Shown here piece after piece: positions 50,825-60,400 of a stretch of DNA of 64,000 nucleotides. Made by a program: the position numbers and the translations under genes. Within the stretch, counting starts at the first letter, position 1, and each line of letters starts with the position of its first letter. This DNA comes from Escherichia coli (GTDB lineage Bacteria; Pseudomonadota; Gammaproteobacteria; Enterobacterales; Enterobacteriaceae). A model generated the notes under the pieces. That model ran no database searches. It worked only from the letters and a program-made list of their open reading frames with translations, and had not been told where the DNA came from. The stretch lies in the NCBI RefSeq assembly GCF_017348835.2, contig NZ_CP071375.1; one strand, given 5' to 3'.

Positions 50825-52534
50825 TTATTTCAGCGGCGAGTTTTTACGCTCAATGCTGTAACGCTCGAGTTCTTTGTACGGCACCACTTTGCTCTTCTTC
50901 TTACGCACATCGACCACGGTCATGCGGTCGGTACAGGAGTAGCAAGGGTCGAGGCTACCGATAATCAGCGGCGCATCGGAAACGGTATTGCCACGCAGCA
51001 TGTAGCGCAGGGTCGGCCAGTTCGCGTAAGTCGCGGCACGGCAGCGCCAGCGGTACAGCTTCTGGTTGTCGCCGGTCATGCTCCAGTGGATATCGTCGCC
51101 GCGCGGCGCTTCGGCAAAGCCCAGCGCAAAGCGGTGCGGAATGTAGGTAAAGCCTTCCACCATCAGCGGGCCACCCGGCAGGTTATCCAGACCGTAGTCG
51201 ATCATGTTCAGCGCGGTATAGACTTCGTTGATACGCACTTTCAGACGGGAAATAACGTCGCAGCCCTGCTCGCTGTGGACTTCCATCGGCAGCAGGCCAT
51301 AACCGACAAACGGGTGATCGGCACGGGTATCGCGGGCGTGACCGCTGGCGCGGACCATCGGGCCGACGTTACTGAAGTCGCGGGCGATTTCCGGGTCCAG
51401 ACGACCAATGCCGACAGTGCGCTGTTCCATGTTCGGCGTACTCAACAGCACATCCACCAGCTCCTGCACTTCACGACGCATCTGTTGTGCCAGCTGGCGG
51501 GTCTGGATCATGTCGTCTTTCAGCAGATCGCGACGAATCCCGCCGATCAAGTTCAGGCCGTAGGTTTTACGCGCACCGGTAAGGATCTCTGCCATTTTCA
51601 TGGAGGTTTCACGCACGCGGAAGAACTGCATAAAACCGGAGTCGAAGCCGGTAAAGTGACAGGCCAGGCCGAGGTTGAGCAGATGCGAGTGCAGGCGTTC
51701 CACCTCCAGCAGAATGGCGCGGATCATCTGCGCTCGTTCTGGCACCTGAATACCCATCGCGTTTTCCACCGACGTGGTGTAGGCGGTGCTGTGGGCGAAG
51801 CCGCAGATTCCGCACACACGGTCAGAGAGGAAGGTCACTTCGTTGTAACCCATGCGGGTTTCCGCCAGTTTTTCCATGCCGCGATGGACGTAGAACAGAC
51901 GGTAGTCGGCGTCGATAATGTTTTCGCCATCGACGAACAGACGGAAGTGACCCGGTTCGTCGGAAGTGACGTGCAACGGACCAATCGGCACGACGTTGTT
52001 TTTCTTGTCGCCCAGTTCGTTGATGAACTCGTAGGTTTCAGCATCGGTGGTCGGTGCCGGACGCTGACGATAATCCATGCTGTCTTTACGCAGCGGATAA
52101 AGTTCATCCGGCCAGTCATCCGGCAGCACCAGACGGCGTTCATCCGGCAGACCAACCGGAATCAAACCGTACATATCGCGCACTTCGCGCTCGCCCCACA
52201 CCGCCGCCGGAACGCGCGGCGTTACGGACGGATATTCCGGTTTGTTGGCGTCAACTTCGACGCGCACCGTTACCCAACACTTAGTCCCCTTCTCCATCGA
52301 CAGCACGTAATAAACGGCGTAATGACCATTCAGTTTGCGTTCGTCGTTACCAAACAGCACCGACAGCCAGCCACCCTGTTTGTAGTAAAGAAACTCCACC
52401 ACTTCCGGCAGGTAGTTCACCTTTACGGTGACAGTCAGCTGATCTTTGGTCTGCCAGGCGTGGTCCAGCACGACGCCCGGAAATGCCTCATTCAGCGCGG
52501 CGAGATAATGTTGACCTAATTTTTCTTCAGACAT
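50825..52534 (-). CDS. hycE: Hydrogenase 3 large subunit HycE
   Basis: ORF 50825..52555; start trimmed to MSEEKLGQHYLAALNEAF (569 aa); C-terminal DPCxxC Ni-binding motif. Confidence 0.95.
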   Translation of the reverse strand: MSEEKLGQHYLAALNEAFPGVVLDHAWQTKDQLTVTVKVNYLPEVVEFLYYKQGGWLSVLFGNDERKLNGHYAVYYVLSMEKGTKCWVTVRVEVDANKPEYPSVTPRVPAAVWGEREVRDMYGLIPVGLPDERRLVLPDDWPDELYPLRKDSMDYRQRPAPTTDAETYEFINELGDKKNNVVPIGPLHVTSDEPGHFRLFVDGENIIDADYRLFYVHRGMEKLAETRMGYNEVTFLSDRVCGICGFAHSTAYTTSVENAMGIQVPERAQMIRAILLEVERLHSHLLNLGLACHFTGFDSGFMQFFRVRETSMKMAEILTGARKTYGLNLIGGIRRDLLKDDMIQTRQLAQQMRREVQELVDVLLSTPNMEQRTVGIGRLDPEIARDFSNVGPMVRASGHARDTRADHPFVGYGLLPMEVHSEQGCDVISRLKVRINEVYTALNMIDYGLDNLPGGPLMVEGFTYIPHRFALGFAEAPRGDDIHWSMTGDNQKLYRWRCRAATYANWPTLRYMLRGNTVSDAPLIIGSLDPCYSCTDRMTVVDVRKKKSKVVPYKELERYSIERKNSPLK

Positions 52535-52551
52535 GCTCAAACTCTCTTTAA

Positions 52552-53475
52552 TCACGCCGCCAGCAAGGAGACGAACGCTAAAAATGCAAAGCCAAACCCA
52601 GCCCAGGTAATGCGCGGAGTAATATCAAGACGCAGACGGGCCATGCTGTTTTCGAACAGCGCGATAACCAGGACGCCGACCACCAGTTTGACGATGGCAA
52701 TCACCAACGCCAGCAGCAGCCCACCGACGGTGAAGGTTTCCATTTGTCCCCACGGAATAAACACCCCGACGAACATCTGCAGCACCACCAACTGTTTCAG
52801 GCTGATACCCCATTTCATGACGCCAAAGCCGCTGCCGCTGTACTCAGAGAGCGGACCTTCCTGCAACTCCTGCTCGGCTTCCGCCAGGTCGAACGGCAGT
52901 TTGCCCATTTCGATAAAAGTGGCGAACGCACAGGCACAAAGCGCAAGTACCAGCGGGATGCTCTGGCTCAGCGGCCAGTGATAAACGGTGTCGGTGATGT
53001 TGCTGATGTTGGTGGAACCGGCAACCTGTGCGGCAACCCACAGACCCAGCAGCAGCATCGGTTCGACCAGCACACCCAGCATCGCTTCACGACTCGCGCC
53101 GATAGCGGTAAACGGGCTACCGGTATCCAGACCAGAAATGGCAAAGAAGAAACGCGCGATGGCAAAGAGATACAGTAAGGTGATCAAATCACCCAGTTGC
53201 GGCAGCGGAGAACCGACGGTCACCACCGGCAGCGCAGTAGCGATAGTCAGCATGACGCCCACCATCACATACGGCGTCAGGCGGAACACCCAGCCGGAGG
53301 CATCCGGGCCAACGCTCTGGCGGCCCAGCAGTTTGAAAATGTCACGATACTCCTGCAACACACCCGGCCCACGACGGTTATGCAGACGGGCGCGCGCCAC
53401 GCGGGTAATACCGGAGAGCAGCGGCGCAACGGCAAATAACACCAGCGCCTGAATTAACGGATATAAAACACTCAT
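52552..53475 (-). CDS. hycD: Formate hydrogenlyase membrane subunit HycD
   Basis: 307-aa polytopic ORF. Confidence 0.95.
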   Translation of the reverse strand: MSVLYPLIQALVLFAVAPLLSGITRVARARLHNRRGPGVLQEYRDIFKLLGRQSVGPDASGWVFRLTPYVMVGVMLTIATALPVVTVGSPLPQLGDLITLLYLFAIARFFFAISGLDTGSPFTAIGASREAMLGVLVEPMLLLGLWVAAQVAGSTNISNITDTVYHWPLSQSIPLVLALCACAFATFIEMGKLPFDLAEAEQELQEGPLSEYSGSGFGVMKWGISLKQLVVLQMFVGVFIPWGQMETFTVGGLLLALVIAIVKLVVGVLVIALFENSMARLRLDITPRITWAGFGFAFLAFVSLLAA

Positions 53476-53477
53476 TC

Positions 53478-55304
53478 TCAGGCTCCTCGTGAAACAATAA
53501 TCACCACCAGTACCGCCAGTTCAACCAGCGCCATCCGGCGGAACAGCAACGCACTACCTTCGCACTGCCAGCCCGGCACCAGCGACACCGGATTCAGCCA
53601 TTTGCGTAGTTTCAGCACCGGCGCAAACGCCTGTTTCACCGGCATGGCAAAACCGTGAGCAGTAATCACCATTGATTTTTCGTGGTCGTAGCCGCACACC
53701 CAGGCCGCGCCGCGGGAACGCGATGGCAAACGATCGCCTTTGCAAATCGCCATAATGATGAATGGCAGCAGCGGGCAGGCAATCAGCAGCAACGTGATCA
53801 TCGGTTGAGAAACGGTGGTGTTAGCAGGCTCCAGCGGCAGAGGTACAGCAGCAGACAGCATCGGCAGCAGCCACGGCGCAGCAACACCGCCAATTACGCA
53901 GCAAATAGCCAGTGCCACTACGCTTACGCTCATCAGGAGCGGCGCACAGGTGGCGTTTTCGGCTTCTTTGGTACGCGGCGCGCCGAGGAACGTGACGCCA
54001 TAGACTTTCGCCATACACATCACCGCCAGCGCACCGGTAATTGCCAGACCCACAGCGAGCAGCGGCCCCAGCAGACGGGCAACAAACGCGCCACTATTGC
54101 TCAGTTTGAAAAAGGATTGATAGATAACCCATTCCCCGGCAAACCCGTTCAGCGGCGGCAGCGCAGCCATTGCCATCAACCCGACTAACATGGCGATGGA
54201 GATAACCGGCATTTTCTTGCCAATACCACCGAGTTTTTCGATATCGCGATGACCGGTACGGAACCAGACGCTCCCCGCCCCGAGGAACAGTACGCTTTTG
54301 AACAGGCTATGGTTAAGCAGATGGTACAGACCACCGACCAGACCAAGGGCAATCAGCGCCGGTTGTTCGAGCGCGATACCCGTTACGCCAGCGCCCAGCC
54401 CCAGCAGGATGATGCCGATATTTTCCAGGGTGTGGTAAGCCAGCAGGCGCTGGATGTTGTGCTCCATCAGCGCATACAGACCACCGACAAACGCGGTGAT
54501 CATGCCGAGCACCAGCAGCGCGATCCCCCACCACAGCGGTGCATTACCGCCCAGCAGTGACAGGGTTAAAATGCCCAGCAGGCCAATTTTCATGACTACC
54601 GTAGAAAACAACGCGGCAGCTGGCGCAGAGGCGTTCGCATGTGCCTGCGGCACCCAGCCGTGCAGCGGAATAATCCCGGCCAGCAGGCCAAAGCCAATCA
54701 CACCGAGCAGCCAGATATCGGAACCGAGCGGCAGCTGTTGCATACGCATATCCAGCAGGCGCAGATCCAGCGTGCCGTAACGCTGCCACAGCAGCCAGCA
54801 AGCAATCGCCAGCAGCAGAGTGCCAAGACGCCCCAGCGCAAACCACAGTTTGCCCTCTTTACTGTTGCTGGTGAGGAACACCGCACACAGAGCCATGATT
54901 TCTGCCATTACCACGAACATACCGAGGTTGCTGGCGATGACGGCACAGACGGCAGCAGCCATCAACATATTGATCTGCAAACCGTTGCACTTCACCTGCG
55001 CATGGCGATGCCAGTCAATGTTGTAGAGGCTGACAAACAGACCGCACAGACCGAGCGTAATCAGCCAAATCGCGTTAAGCGGAGAGATTTGCACATCGTA
55101 GCTTACCAGCGACAGCGCACCGCTCACGCCAACCGCGCCAGTCAGTACAGTGAAGCCCGCGGCTGCCGTATACAGACTACCAACCGCGCCGCCAATTCCG
55201 GCTATCCAGCCGCTTAGCGCCTTTTGAAAAGAAAAGAGAAATGCCAGAACAGCGGCGGCGACAAACCACGCCACGCCGCTATTGATCAGGGAAATTGCGC
55301 TCAT
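53478..55304 (-). CDS. hycC: Formate hydrogenlyase membrane subunit HycC (antiporter-like)
   Basis: 608-aa polytopic ORF. Confidence 0.95.
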   Translation of the reverse strand: MSAISLINSGVAWFVAAAVLAFLFSFQKALSGWIAGIGGAVGSLYTAAAGFTVLTGAVGVSGALSLVSYDVQISPLNAIWLITLGLCGLFVSLYNIDWHRHAQVKCNGLQINMLMAAAVCAVIASNLGMFVVMAEIMALCAVFLTSNSKEGKLWFALGRLGTLLLAIACWLLWQRYGTLDLRLLDMRMQQLPLGSDIWLLGVIGFGLLAGIIPLHGWVPQAHANASAPAAALFSTVVMKIGLLGILTLSLLGGNAPLWWGIALLVLGMITAFVGGLYALMEHNIQRLLAYHTLENIGIILLGLGAGVTGIALEQPALIALGLVGGLYHLLNHSLFKSVLFLGAGSVWFRTGHRDIEKLGGIGKKMPVISIAMLVGLMAMAALPPLNGFAGEWVIYQSFFKLSNSGAFVARLLGPLLAVGLAITGALAVMCMAKVYGVTFLGAPRTKEAENATCAPLLMSVSVVALAICCVIGGVAAPWLLPMLSAAVPLPLEPANTTVSQPMITLLLIACPLLPFIIMAICKGDRLPSRSRGAAWVCGYDHEKSMVITAHGFAMPVKQAFAPVLKLRKWLNPVSLVPGWQCEGSALLFRRMALVELAVLVVIIVSRGA

Positions 55305-55912
55305 TTAGCCTCTCCACTTTGAGCCTGCTGAAACAAGGTGAGATCGCCAAAGTCCGTGTTAAAGGTCAGCTCACGCTTACGTTTGCTGACGCGGGCGATA
55401 TCGGTGTTATCCACCAGATGCAGGGCTTTAGTCGGGCACATCCGCACGCAGGCCGGACCTTGTTCATCAAAGCTACAAAGGTCACATTTGACGGCGATCG
55501 CGCGAATACCTGGCACCCAGTCAAGCAATGTGCTGACACGCGCCGGAGCAGGCGGTGCCGGTGGCGCTTTCGGGGTATTGGCGTTTGCCGGAATATCCAG
55601 CGGACGGCTGCCGGAAAATTCAATTGCGCCAAACGGGCAGGCGATGCCGCACAGTTTGCAGCTTACGCACAGGCTTTCATTCAACTGCACGGCCCCATCA
55701 ACGCGGGTGATGGCGTTAACTGGGCAGACCACCGCGCAGGGTGCATCTTCACAGTGGTGACAGAGCTGCGGCGCAGATTCTTTTTCATTTAGCATCACTC
55801 TCAGGCGCGGCATTGATTGCAGGCCGTGCTGGCGATGCGTCTCTGAACAGGCGGCCTCACAAGTGTGGCAGCCGATACAGAGCGTGGAGTCAGCAATTAC
55901 AAAACGATTCAC
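55301..55912 (-). CDS. hycB: Formate hydrogenlyase Fe-S subunit HycB
   Basis: 203-aa ORF with four Cys clusters. Confidence 0.95.
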   Translation of the reverse strand: MNRFVIADSTLCIGCHTCEAACSETHRQHGLQSMPRLRVMLNEKESAPQLCHHCEDAPCAVVCPVNAITRVDGAVQLNESLCVSCKLCGIACPFGAIEFSGSRPLDIPANANTPKAPPAPPAPARVSTLLDWVPGIRAIAVKCDLCSFDEQGPACVRMCPTKALHLVDNTDIARVSKRKRELTFNTDFGDLTLFQQAQSGEAK

Positions 55913-55930
55913 CAGGCATTCCTCAGGTGA

Positions 55931-55988
55931 TTGTCATTTTTGACGAAAACATGCCGATGAAATGTCATTTTCGACACTCATCGACACG
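55931..55988. promoter_or_regulatory. FhlA-UAS-like repeats in the hycB-hycA intergenic region
   Basis: tgtcatttttgacg ... atgtcattttcgacactcatcgacac shares the tgtcatttcgaca-type motif with the hycA-hypA region. Confidence 0.4.
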
Positions 55989-56036
55989 CCCATCCCCAAA
56001 CAGGCGTAACGCCTGCAAAACGGGCAAAGCCTCAGC

Positions 56037-56498
56037 TCATGCTGCCGGGCTTTGTCCCTTTACCAGTTGGCTTAAATTCACCGGCACATTGTTTTCAATG
56101 GCGGTGTATAAGCTGTCGTAAACGCCAGCGATTTTTTCGAGATAGTGTTCCAGAACCTGTTCGCGATCGCGGATGTTGACCTTGCCATCAATCATGCCGT
56201 CAATGCTCAGTTGCGCCTGTGCAATCCGCTGTTTGTCTTCGCCATCTTTTGTTTCGACGTAATACTCGATGATGTGGCTGTTAAAGCCATCCGCCAGGGT
56301 GACGTAAATACGAAAATGTTCAAAAAGGACGAAACAGAGTTCTTTGTCCGGCGCGCAGCTCATGGCGTGATGCAGGCGCGCTTTCGATAACGTGATCCCC
56401 TGAACCAGCGAATTACAGTAGATGTGCCACTGGTCCTGTAGGCGACGATGCCGCTGTGCGATGTAATCGGCTTTCTCGCTTATTTCCCAAATAGTCAT
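56037..56498 (-). CDS. hycA: Formate hydrogenlyase regulatory protein HycA
   Basis: 153-aa ORF. Confidence 0.9.
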   Translation of the reverse strand: MTIWEISEKADYIAQRHRRLQDQWHIYCNSLVQGITLSKARLHHAMSCAPDKELCFVLFEHFRIYVTLADGFNSHIIEYYVETKDGEDKQRIAQAQLSIDGMIDGKVNIRDREQVLEHYLEKIAGVYDSLYTAIENNVPVNLSQLVKGQSPAA

Positions 56499-56533
56499 TG
56501 TCAGGTTACCCGTTTAACAGAGATGCCAGCTTT

Positions 56534-56549
56534 AAGCATTTTCTGTGCC
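56534..56549 (-). promoter_or_regulatory. Sigma-54 (-24/-12) promoter of the hyc operon
   Basis: Minus strand tggcacagaaaatgct, about 40 nt upstream of the hycA start. Confidence 0.55.
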
Positions 56550-56600
56550 AACTTTTAATTCATTGTTATTAAAACGATTTTTAAGCTAAAGATGAATTTC

Positions 56601-56637
56601 GTCGCCGTGTCGACGTGTCATTTCGACATCATCGACA
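56601..56637. promoter_or_regulatory. FhlA upstream activating sequence between hycA and hypA
   Basis: gtcgccgtgtcgacgtgtcatttcgacatcatcgaca, repeated tcgaca/gtcgac motifs. Confidence 0.55.
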
Positions 56638-56663
56638 TTATTCACCGCAGGGATAATCAACAC

Positions 56664-56679
56664 TGGCACAATTATTGCT
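56664..56679 (+). promoter_or_regulatory. Sigma-54 (-24/-12) promoter of the hyp operon
   Basis: tggcacaattattgct, about 30 nt upstream of hypA. Confidence 0.6.
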
Positions 56680-56709
56680 TGTAGCTGGCAATAGTTAATG
56701 GGAGGCGAT

Positions 56710-57060
56710 ATGCACGAAATAACCCTCTGCCAACGGGCACTGGAATTGATCGAACAGCAGGCCGCAAAACACGGCGCAAAACGCGTAACTGGGGTCTGGC
56801 TCAAAATTGGCGCATTTTCTTGTGTCGAAACCAGCTCTCTTGCCTTTTGTTTTGATCTGGTTTGCCGCGGCAGCGTGGCGGAAGGTTGTAAACTGCACCT
56901 CGAAGAACAAGAGGCCGAATGCTGGTGTGAAACATGCCAACAGTATGTGACGCTACTGACCCAGCGCGTCCGCCGCTGTCCACAGTGTCATGGTGACATG
57001 CTACAGATTGTGGCAGACGACGGTTTACAGATTCGGCGGATAGAAATAGACCAGGAGTGA
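56710..57060 (+). CDS. hypA: Hydrogenase nickel-insertion protein HypA
   Basis: ORF 56698..57060; start trimmed to MHEITLCQRALELIEQ (116 aa); CxxC...CxxC zinc site. Confidence 0.9.
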   Translation: MHEITLCQRALELIEQQAAKHGAKRVTGVWLKIGAFSCVETSSLAFCFDLVCRGSVAEGCKLHLEEQEAECWCETCQQYVTLLTQRVRRCPQCHGDMLQIVADDGLQIRRIEIDQE

Positions 57061-57063
57061 GCG

Positions 57064-57936
57064 ATGTGTACAACATGCGGTTGCGGTGAAGGCAACCTGT
57101 ATATCGAGGGTGATGAACATAACCCTCATTCCGCGTTTCGTAGCGCGCCATTTGCCCCTGCGGCACGCCCGAAGATGAAAATCACCGGCATTAAAGCGCC
57201 TGAATTTACCCCCAGCCAGACTGAAGAAGGCGACCTGCATTACGGTCATGGCGAAGCGGGCACTCACGCACCGGGCATGAGCCAGCGTCGGATGCTGGAA
57301 GTCGAAATTGACGTGCTGGACAAAAATAACCGTCTGGCTGAACGCAACCGCGCGCGCTTTGCTGCCCGCAAGCAACTGGTGCTCAACCTGGTTTCCAGCC
57401 CTGGTTCCGGTAAAACCACCCTGCTGACGGAAACCTTAATGCGCCTGAAAGACAGCGTTCCGTGCGCAGTTATTGAAGGTGACCAGCAAACCGTGAACGA
57501 TGCCGCACGCATTCGCGCTACCGGCACACCAGCGATTCAGGTGAACACCGGTAAAGGCTGCCATCTTGACGCACAGATGATTGCCGACGCCGCACCGCGT
57601 CTGCCACTGGACGATAACGGTATTCTGTTTATCGAAAACGTTGGCAACCTCGTATGCCCGGCCAGCTTCGATCTCGGTGAAAAACACAAAGTGGCGGTGC
57701 TTTCCGTTACCGAAGGTGAAGACAAACCGCTGAAATATCCGCATATGTTTGCCGCCGCCTCGCTGATGCTGCTCAACAAAGTTGACCTGTTGCCGTATCT
57801 CAACTTTGACGTTGAGAAGTGCATCGCCTGCGCCCGCGAAGTCAATCCAGAAATTGAAATCATCCTTATTTCCGCCACCAGCGGCGAAGGGATGGACCAG
57901 TGGCTGAACTGGCTGGAGACACAGCGATGTGCATAG
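57064..57936 (+). CDS. hypB: Hydrogenase nickel-incorporation GTPase HypB
   Basis: 290-aa ORF with N-terminal CTTCGC metal motif and GTPase P-loop (GSPGSGKTT). Confidence 0.95.
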   Translation: MCTTCGCGEGNLYIEGDEHNPHSAFRSAPFAPAARPKMKITGIKAPEFTPSQTEEGDLHYGHGEAGTHAPGMSQRRMLEVEIDVLDKNNRLAERNRARFAARKQLVLNLVSSPGSGKTTLLTETLMRLKDSVPCAVIEGDQQTVNDAARIRATGTPAIQVNTGKGCHLDAQMIADAAPRLPLDDNGILFIENVGNLVCPASFDLGEKHKVAVLSVTEGEDKPLKYPHMFAAASLMLLNKVDLLPYLNFDVEKCIACAREVNPEIEIILISATSGEGMDQWLNWLETQRCA

Positions 57937-58199
57937 GCGTTCCCGGCCAGATCCGCACCATTGACGGCAACCAGGCGAAAGTCGACGTCTGCGGCATTCA
58001 GCGCGATGTCGATTTAACGTTAGTCGGCAGCTGCGATGAAAACGGTCAGCCGCGCGTGGGCCAGTGGGTACTGGTACACGTTGGCTTTGCCATGAGCGTA
58101 ATTAATGAAGCCGAAGCACGCGACACACTCGACGCCTTACAAAACATGTTTGACGTTGAGCCGGATGTCGGCGCGCTGTTGTATGGCGAGGAAAAATAA
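57927..58199 (+). CDS. hypC: Hydrogenase maturation chaperone HypC
   Basis: ORF 57900..58199; start trimmed to [14 protein letters not shown] (90 aa). Confidence 0.9.
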   Translation: MCIGVPGQIRTIDGNQAKVDVCGIQRDVDLTLVGSCDENGQPRVGQWVLVHVGFAMSVINEAEARDTLDALQNMFDVEPDVGALLYGEEK

Positions 58200-59320
58200 T
58201 GCGTTTTGTTGATGAATATCGCGCGCCGGAACAGGTGATGCAGTTAATTGAGCATCTGCGCGAACGTGCTTCACATCTCTCTTACACCGCCGAACACCCT
58301 CTGCGGATTATGGAAGTGTGCGGTGGTCATACCCACGCCATTTTTAAATTCGGCCTCGACCAGTTACTGCCTGAAAATGTTGAGTTTATCCACGGTCCGG
58401 GTTGCCCGGTGTGCGTACTGCCGATGGGCAGAATCGACACCTGCGTGGAGATTGCCAGCCATCCGGAAGTCATCTTCTGTACCTTTGGCGACGCCATGCG
58501 CGTGCCGGGGAAACAGGGATCGCTGTTGCAGGCAAAAGCACGCGGTGCCGATGTGCGCATCGTTTACTCGCCGATGGATGCGTTGAAACTGGCGCAGGAG
58601 AATCCAACCCGCAAAGTGGTGTTCTTCGGCTTAGGTTTTGAAACCACCATGCCGACCACCGCTATCACTCTGCAACAGGCGAAAGCCCGCGATGTGCAGA
58701 ATTTTTACTTCTTCTGCCAGCACATTACGCTTATCCCGACGCTTCGCAGTTTGCTGGAACAGCCGGATAACGGTATCGACGCGTTCCTCGCGCCGGGCCA
58801 CGTTAGTATGGTTATCGGCACTGATGCCTATAATTTTATCGCCAGCGATTTTCATCGTCCGCTGGTGGTCGCTGGTTTCGAACCCCTTGATCTACTGCAA
58901 GGCGTGGTCATGCTGGTGGAGCAGAAAATAGCGGCCCATAGCAAGGTAGAGAATCAGTATCGTCGGGTGGTGCCGGATGCCGGTAACCTGCTGGCGCAAC
59001 AGGCGATTGCCGATGTGTTCTGTGTCAACGGCGACAGCGAATGGCGCGGCTTAGGCGTGATTGAATCTTCTGGCGTGCACCTGACGCCGGATTATCAACG
59101 ATTCGATGCCGAAGCACATTTCCGCCCGGCACCGCAGCAGGTCTGCGATGACCCGCGTGCGCGTTGTGGTGAAGTATTAACGGGCAAATGTAAGCCGCAT
59201 CAATGCCCGCTGTTTGGTAACACCTGTAATCCTCAAACCGCGTTTGGTGCGCTGATGGTTTCCTCCGAAGGAGCGTGCGCCGCGTGGTATCAGTATCGTC
59301 AGCAGGAGAGTGAAGCGTGA
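58199..59320 (+). CDS. hypD: Hydrogenase maturation protein HypD
   Basis: 373-aa ORF with CGGH and GPGCPVC motifs. Confidence 0.95.
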   Translation: MRFVDEYRAPEQVMQLIEHLRERASHLSYTAEHPLRIMEVCGGHTHAIFKFGLDQLLPENVEFIHGPGCPVCVLPMGRIDTCVEIASHPEVIFCTFGDAMRVPGKQGSLLQAKARGADVRIVYSPMDALKLAQENPTRKVVFFGLGFETTMPTTAITLQQAKARDVQNFYFFCQHITLIPTLRSLLEQPDNGIDAFLAPGHVSMVIGTDAYNFIASDFHRPLVVAGFEPLDLLQGVVMLVEQKIAAHSKVENQYRRVVPDAGNLLAQQAIADVFCVNGDSEWRGLGVIESSGVHLTPDYQRFDAEAHFRPAPQQVCDDPRARCGEVLTGKCKPHQCPLFGNTCNPQTAFGALMVSSEGACAAWYQYRQQESEA

Positions 59321-60327
59321 ATAATATCCAACTCGCCCACGGCAGCGGCGGCCAGGCGATGCAGCAATTAATCAACAGCCTGTTTATGGAAGCCTTTGCC
59401 AACCCGTGGCTGGCAGAGCAGGAAGATCAGGCACGTCTTGATCTGGCGCAACTGGTAGCGGAAGGCGACCGTCTGGCATTCTCCACCGACAGTTACGTTA
59501 TTGACCCGCTGTTCTTTCCTGGCGGTAATATCGGCAAGCTGGCGATTTGCGGCACTGCGAATGACGTTGCGGTCAGTGGCGCTATTCCGCGCTATCTCTC
59601 CTGTGGCTTTATCCTCGAAGAAGGACTGCCGATGGCGACACTGAAAGCCGTAGTGACCAGCATGGCAGAAACCGCCCGCACGGCAGGCATTGCCATCGTT
59701 ACTGGCGATACTAAAGTGGTGCAGCGCGGCGCGGCAGATAAACTGTTTATCAACACCGCGGGCATGGGCGCAATTCCGGCGAATATTCACTGGGGCGCAC
59801 AGACGCTAACCGCAGGCGATGTATTGCTGGTTAGCGGTACACTCGGCGACCACGGGGCGACTATCCTTAACCTGCGTGAGCAGCTGGGGCTGGATGGCGA
59901 ACTGGTCAGCGACTGCGCGGTGCTGACGCCGCTTATTCAGACGCTGCGTGACATTCCCGGCGTGAAAGCGCTGCGTGATGCCACCCGTGGTGGTGTAAAC
60001 GCGGTGGTACATGAGTTCGCGGCAGCCTGCGGTTGCGGTATTGAAATTTCTGAATCAGCGCTGCCGGTTAAACCTGCCGTGCGCGGCGTTTGCGAATTGC
60101 TGGGACTGGACGCCCTGAACTTTGCCAACGAAGGCAAACTGGTGATCGCCGTTGAACGCAACGCGGCAGAGCAAGTGCTGGCAGCGTTACATTCCCATCC
60201 ACTGGGGAAAGACGCGGCGCTGATTGGTGAAGTGGTGGAACGTAAAGGTGTTCGTCTTGCCGGTCTGTATGGCGTGAAACGAACCCTCGATTTACCACAC
60301 GCCGAACCGCTTCCGCGTATATGCTAA
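59317..60327 (+). CDS. hypE: Hydrogenase maturation carbamoyl dehydratase HypE
   Basis: 336-aa ORF, PurM-like. Confidence 0.95.
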   Translation: MNNIQLAHGSGGQAMQQLINSLFMEAFANPWLAEQEDQARLDLAQLVAEGDRLAFSTDSYVIDPLFFPGGNIGKLAICGTANDVAVSGAIPRYLSCGFILEEGLPMATLKAVVTSMAETARTAGIAIVTGDTKVVQRGAADKLFINTAGMGAIPANIHWGAQTLTAGDVLLVSGTLGDHGATILNLREQLGLDGELVSDCAVLTPLIQTLRDIPGVKALRDATRGGVNAVVHEFAAACGCGIEISESALPVKPAVRGVCELLGLDALNFANEGKLVIAVERNAAEQVLAALHSHPLGKDAALIGEVVERKGVRLAGLYGVKRTLDLPHAEPLPRIC

Positions 60328-60400
60328 TAAAATTCTAAATCTCCTATAGTTAGTCAATGACCTTTTGCACCGCTTTGCGGTGCTTTCCTGGAAGAACAAA

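Noticed and set aside
51086-52519. 477-aa plus-strand ORF
   Set aside because: Antisense to hycE with a low-complexity, Arg/His-rich translation; treated as a frame artefact.
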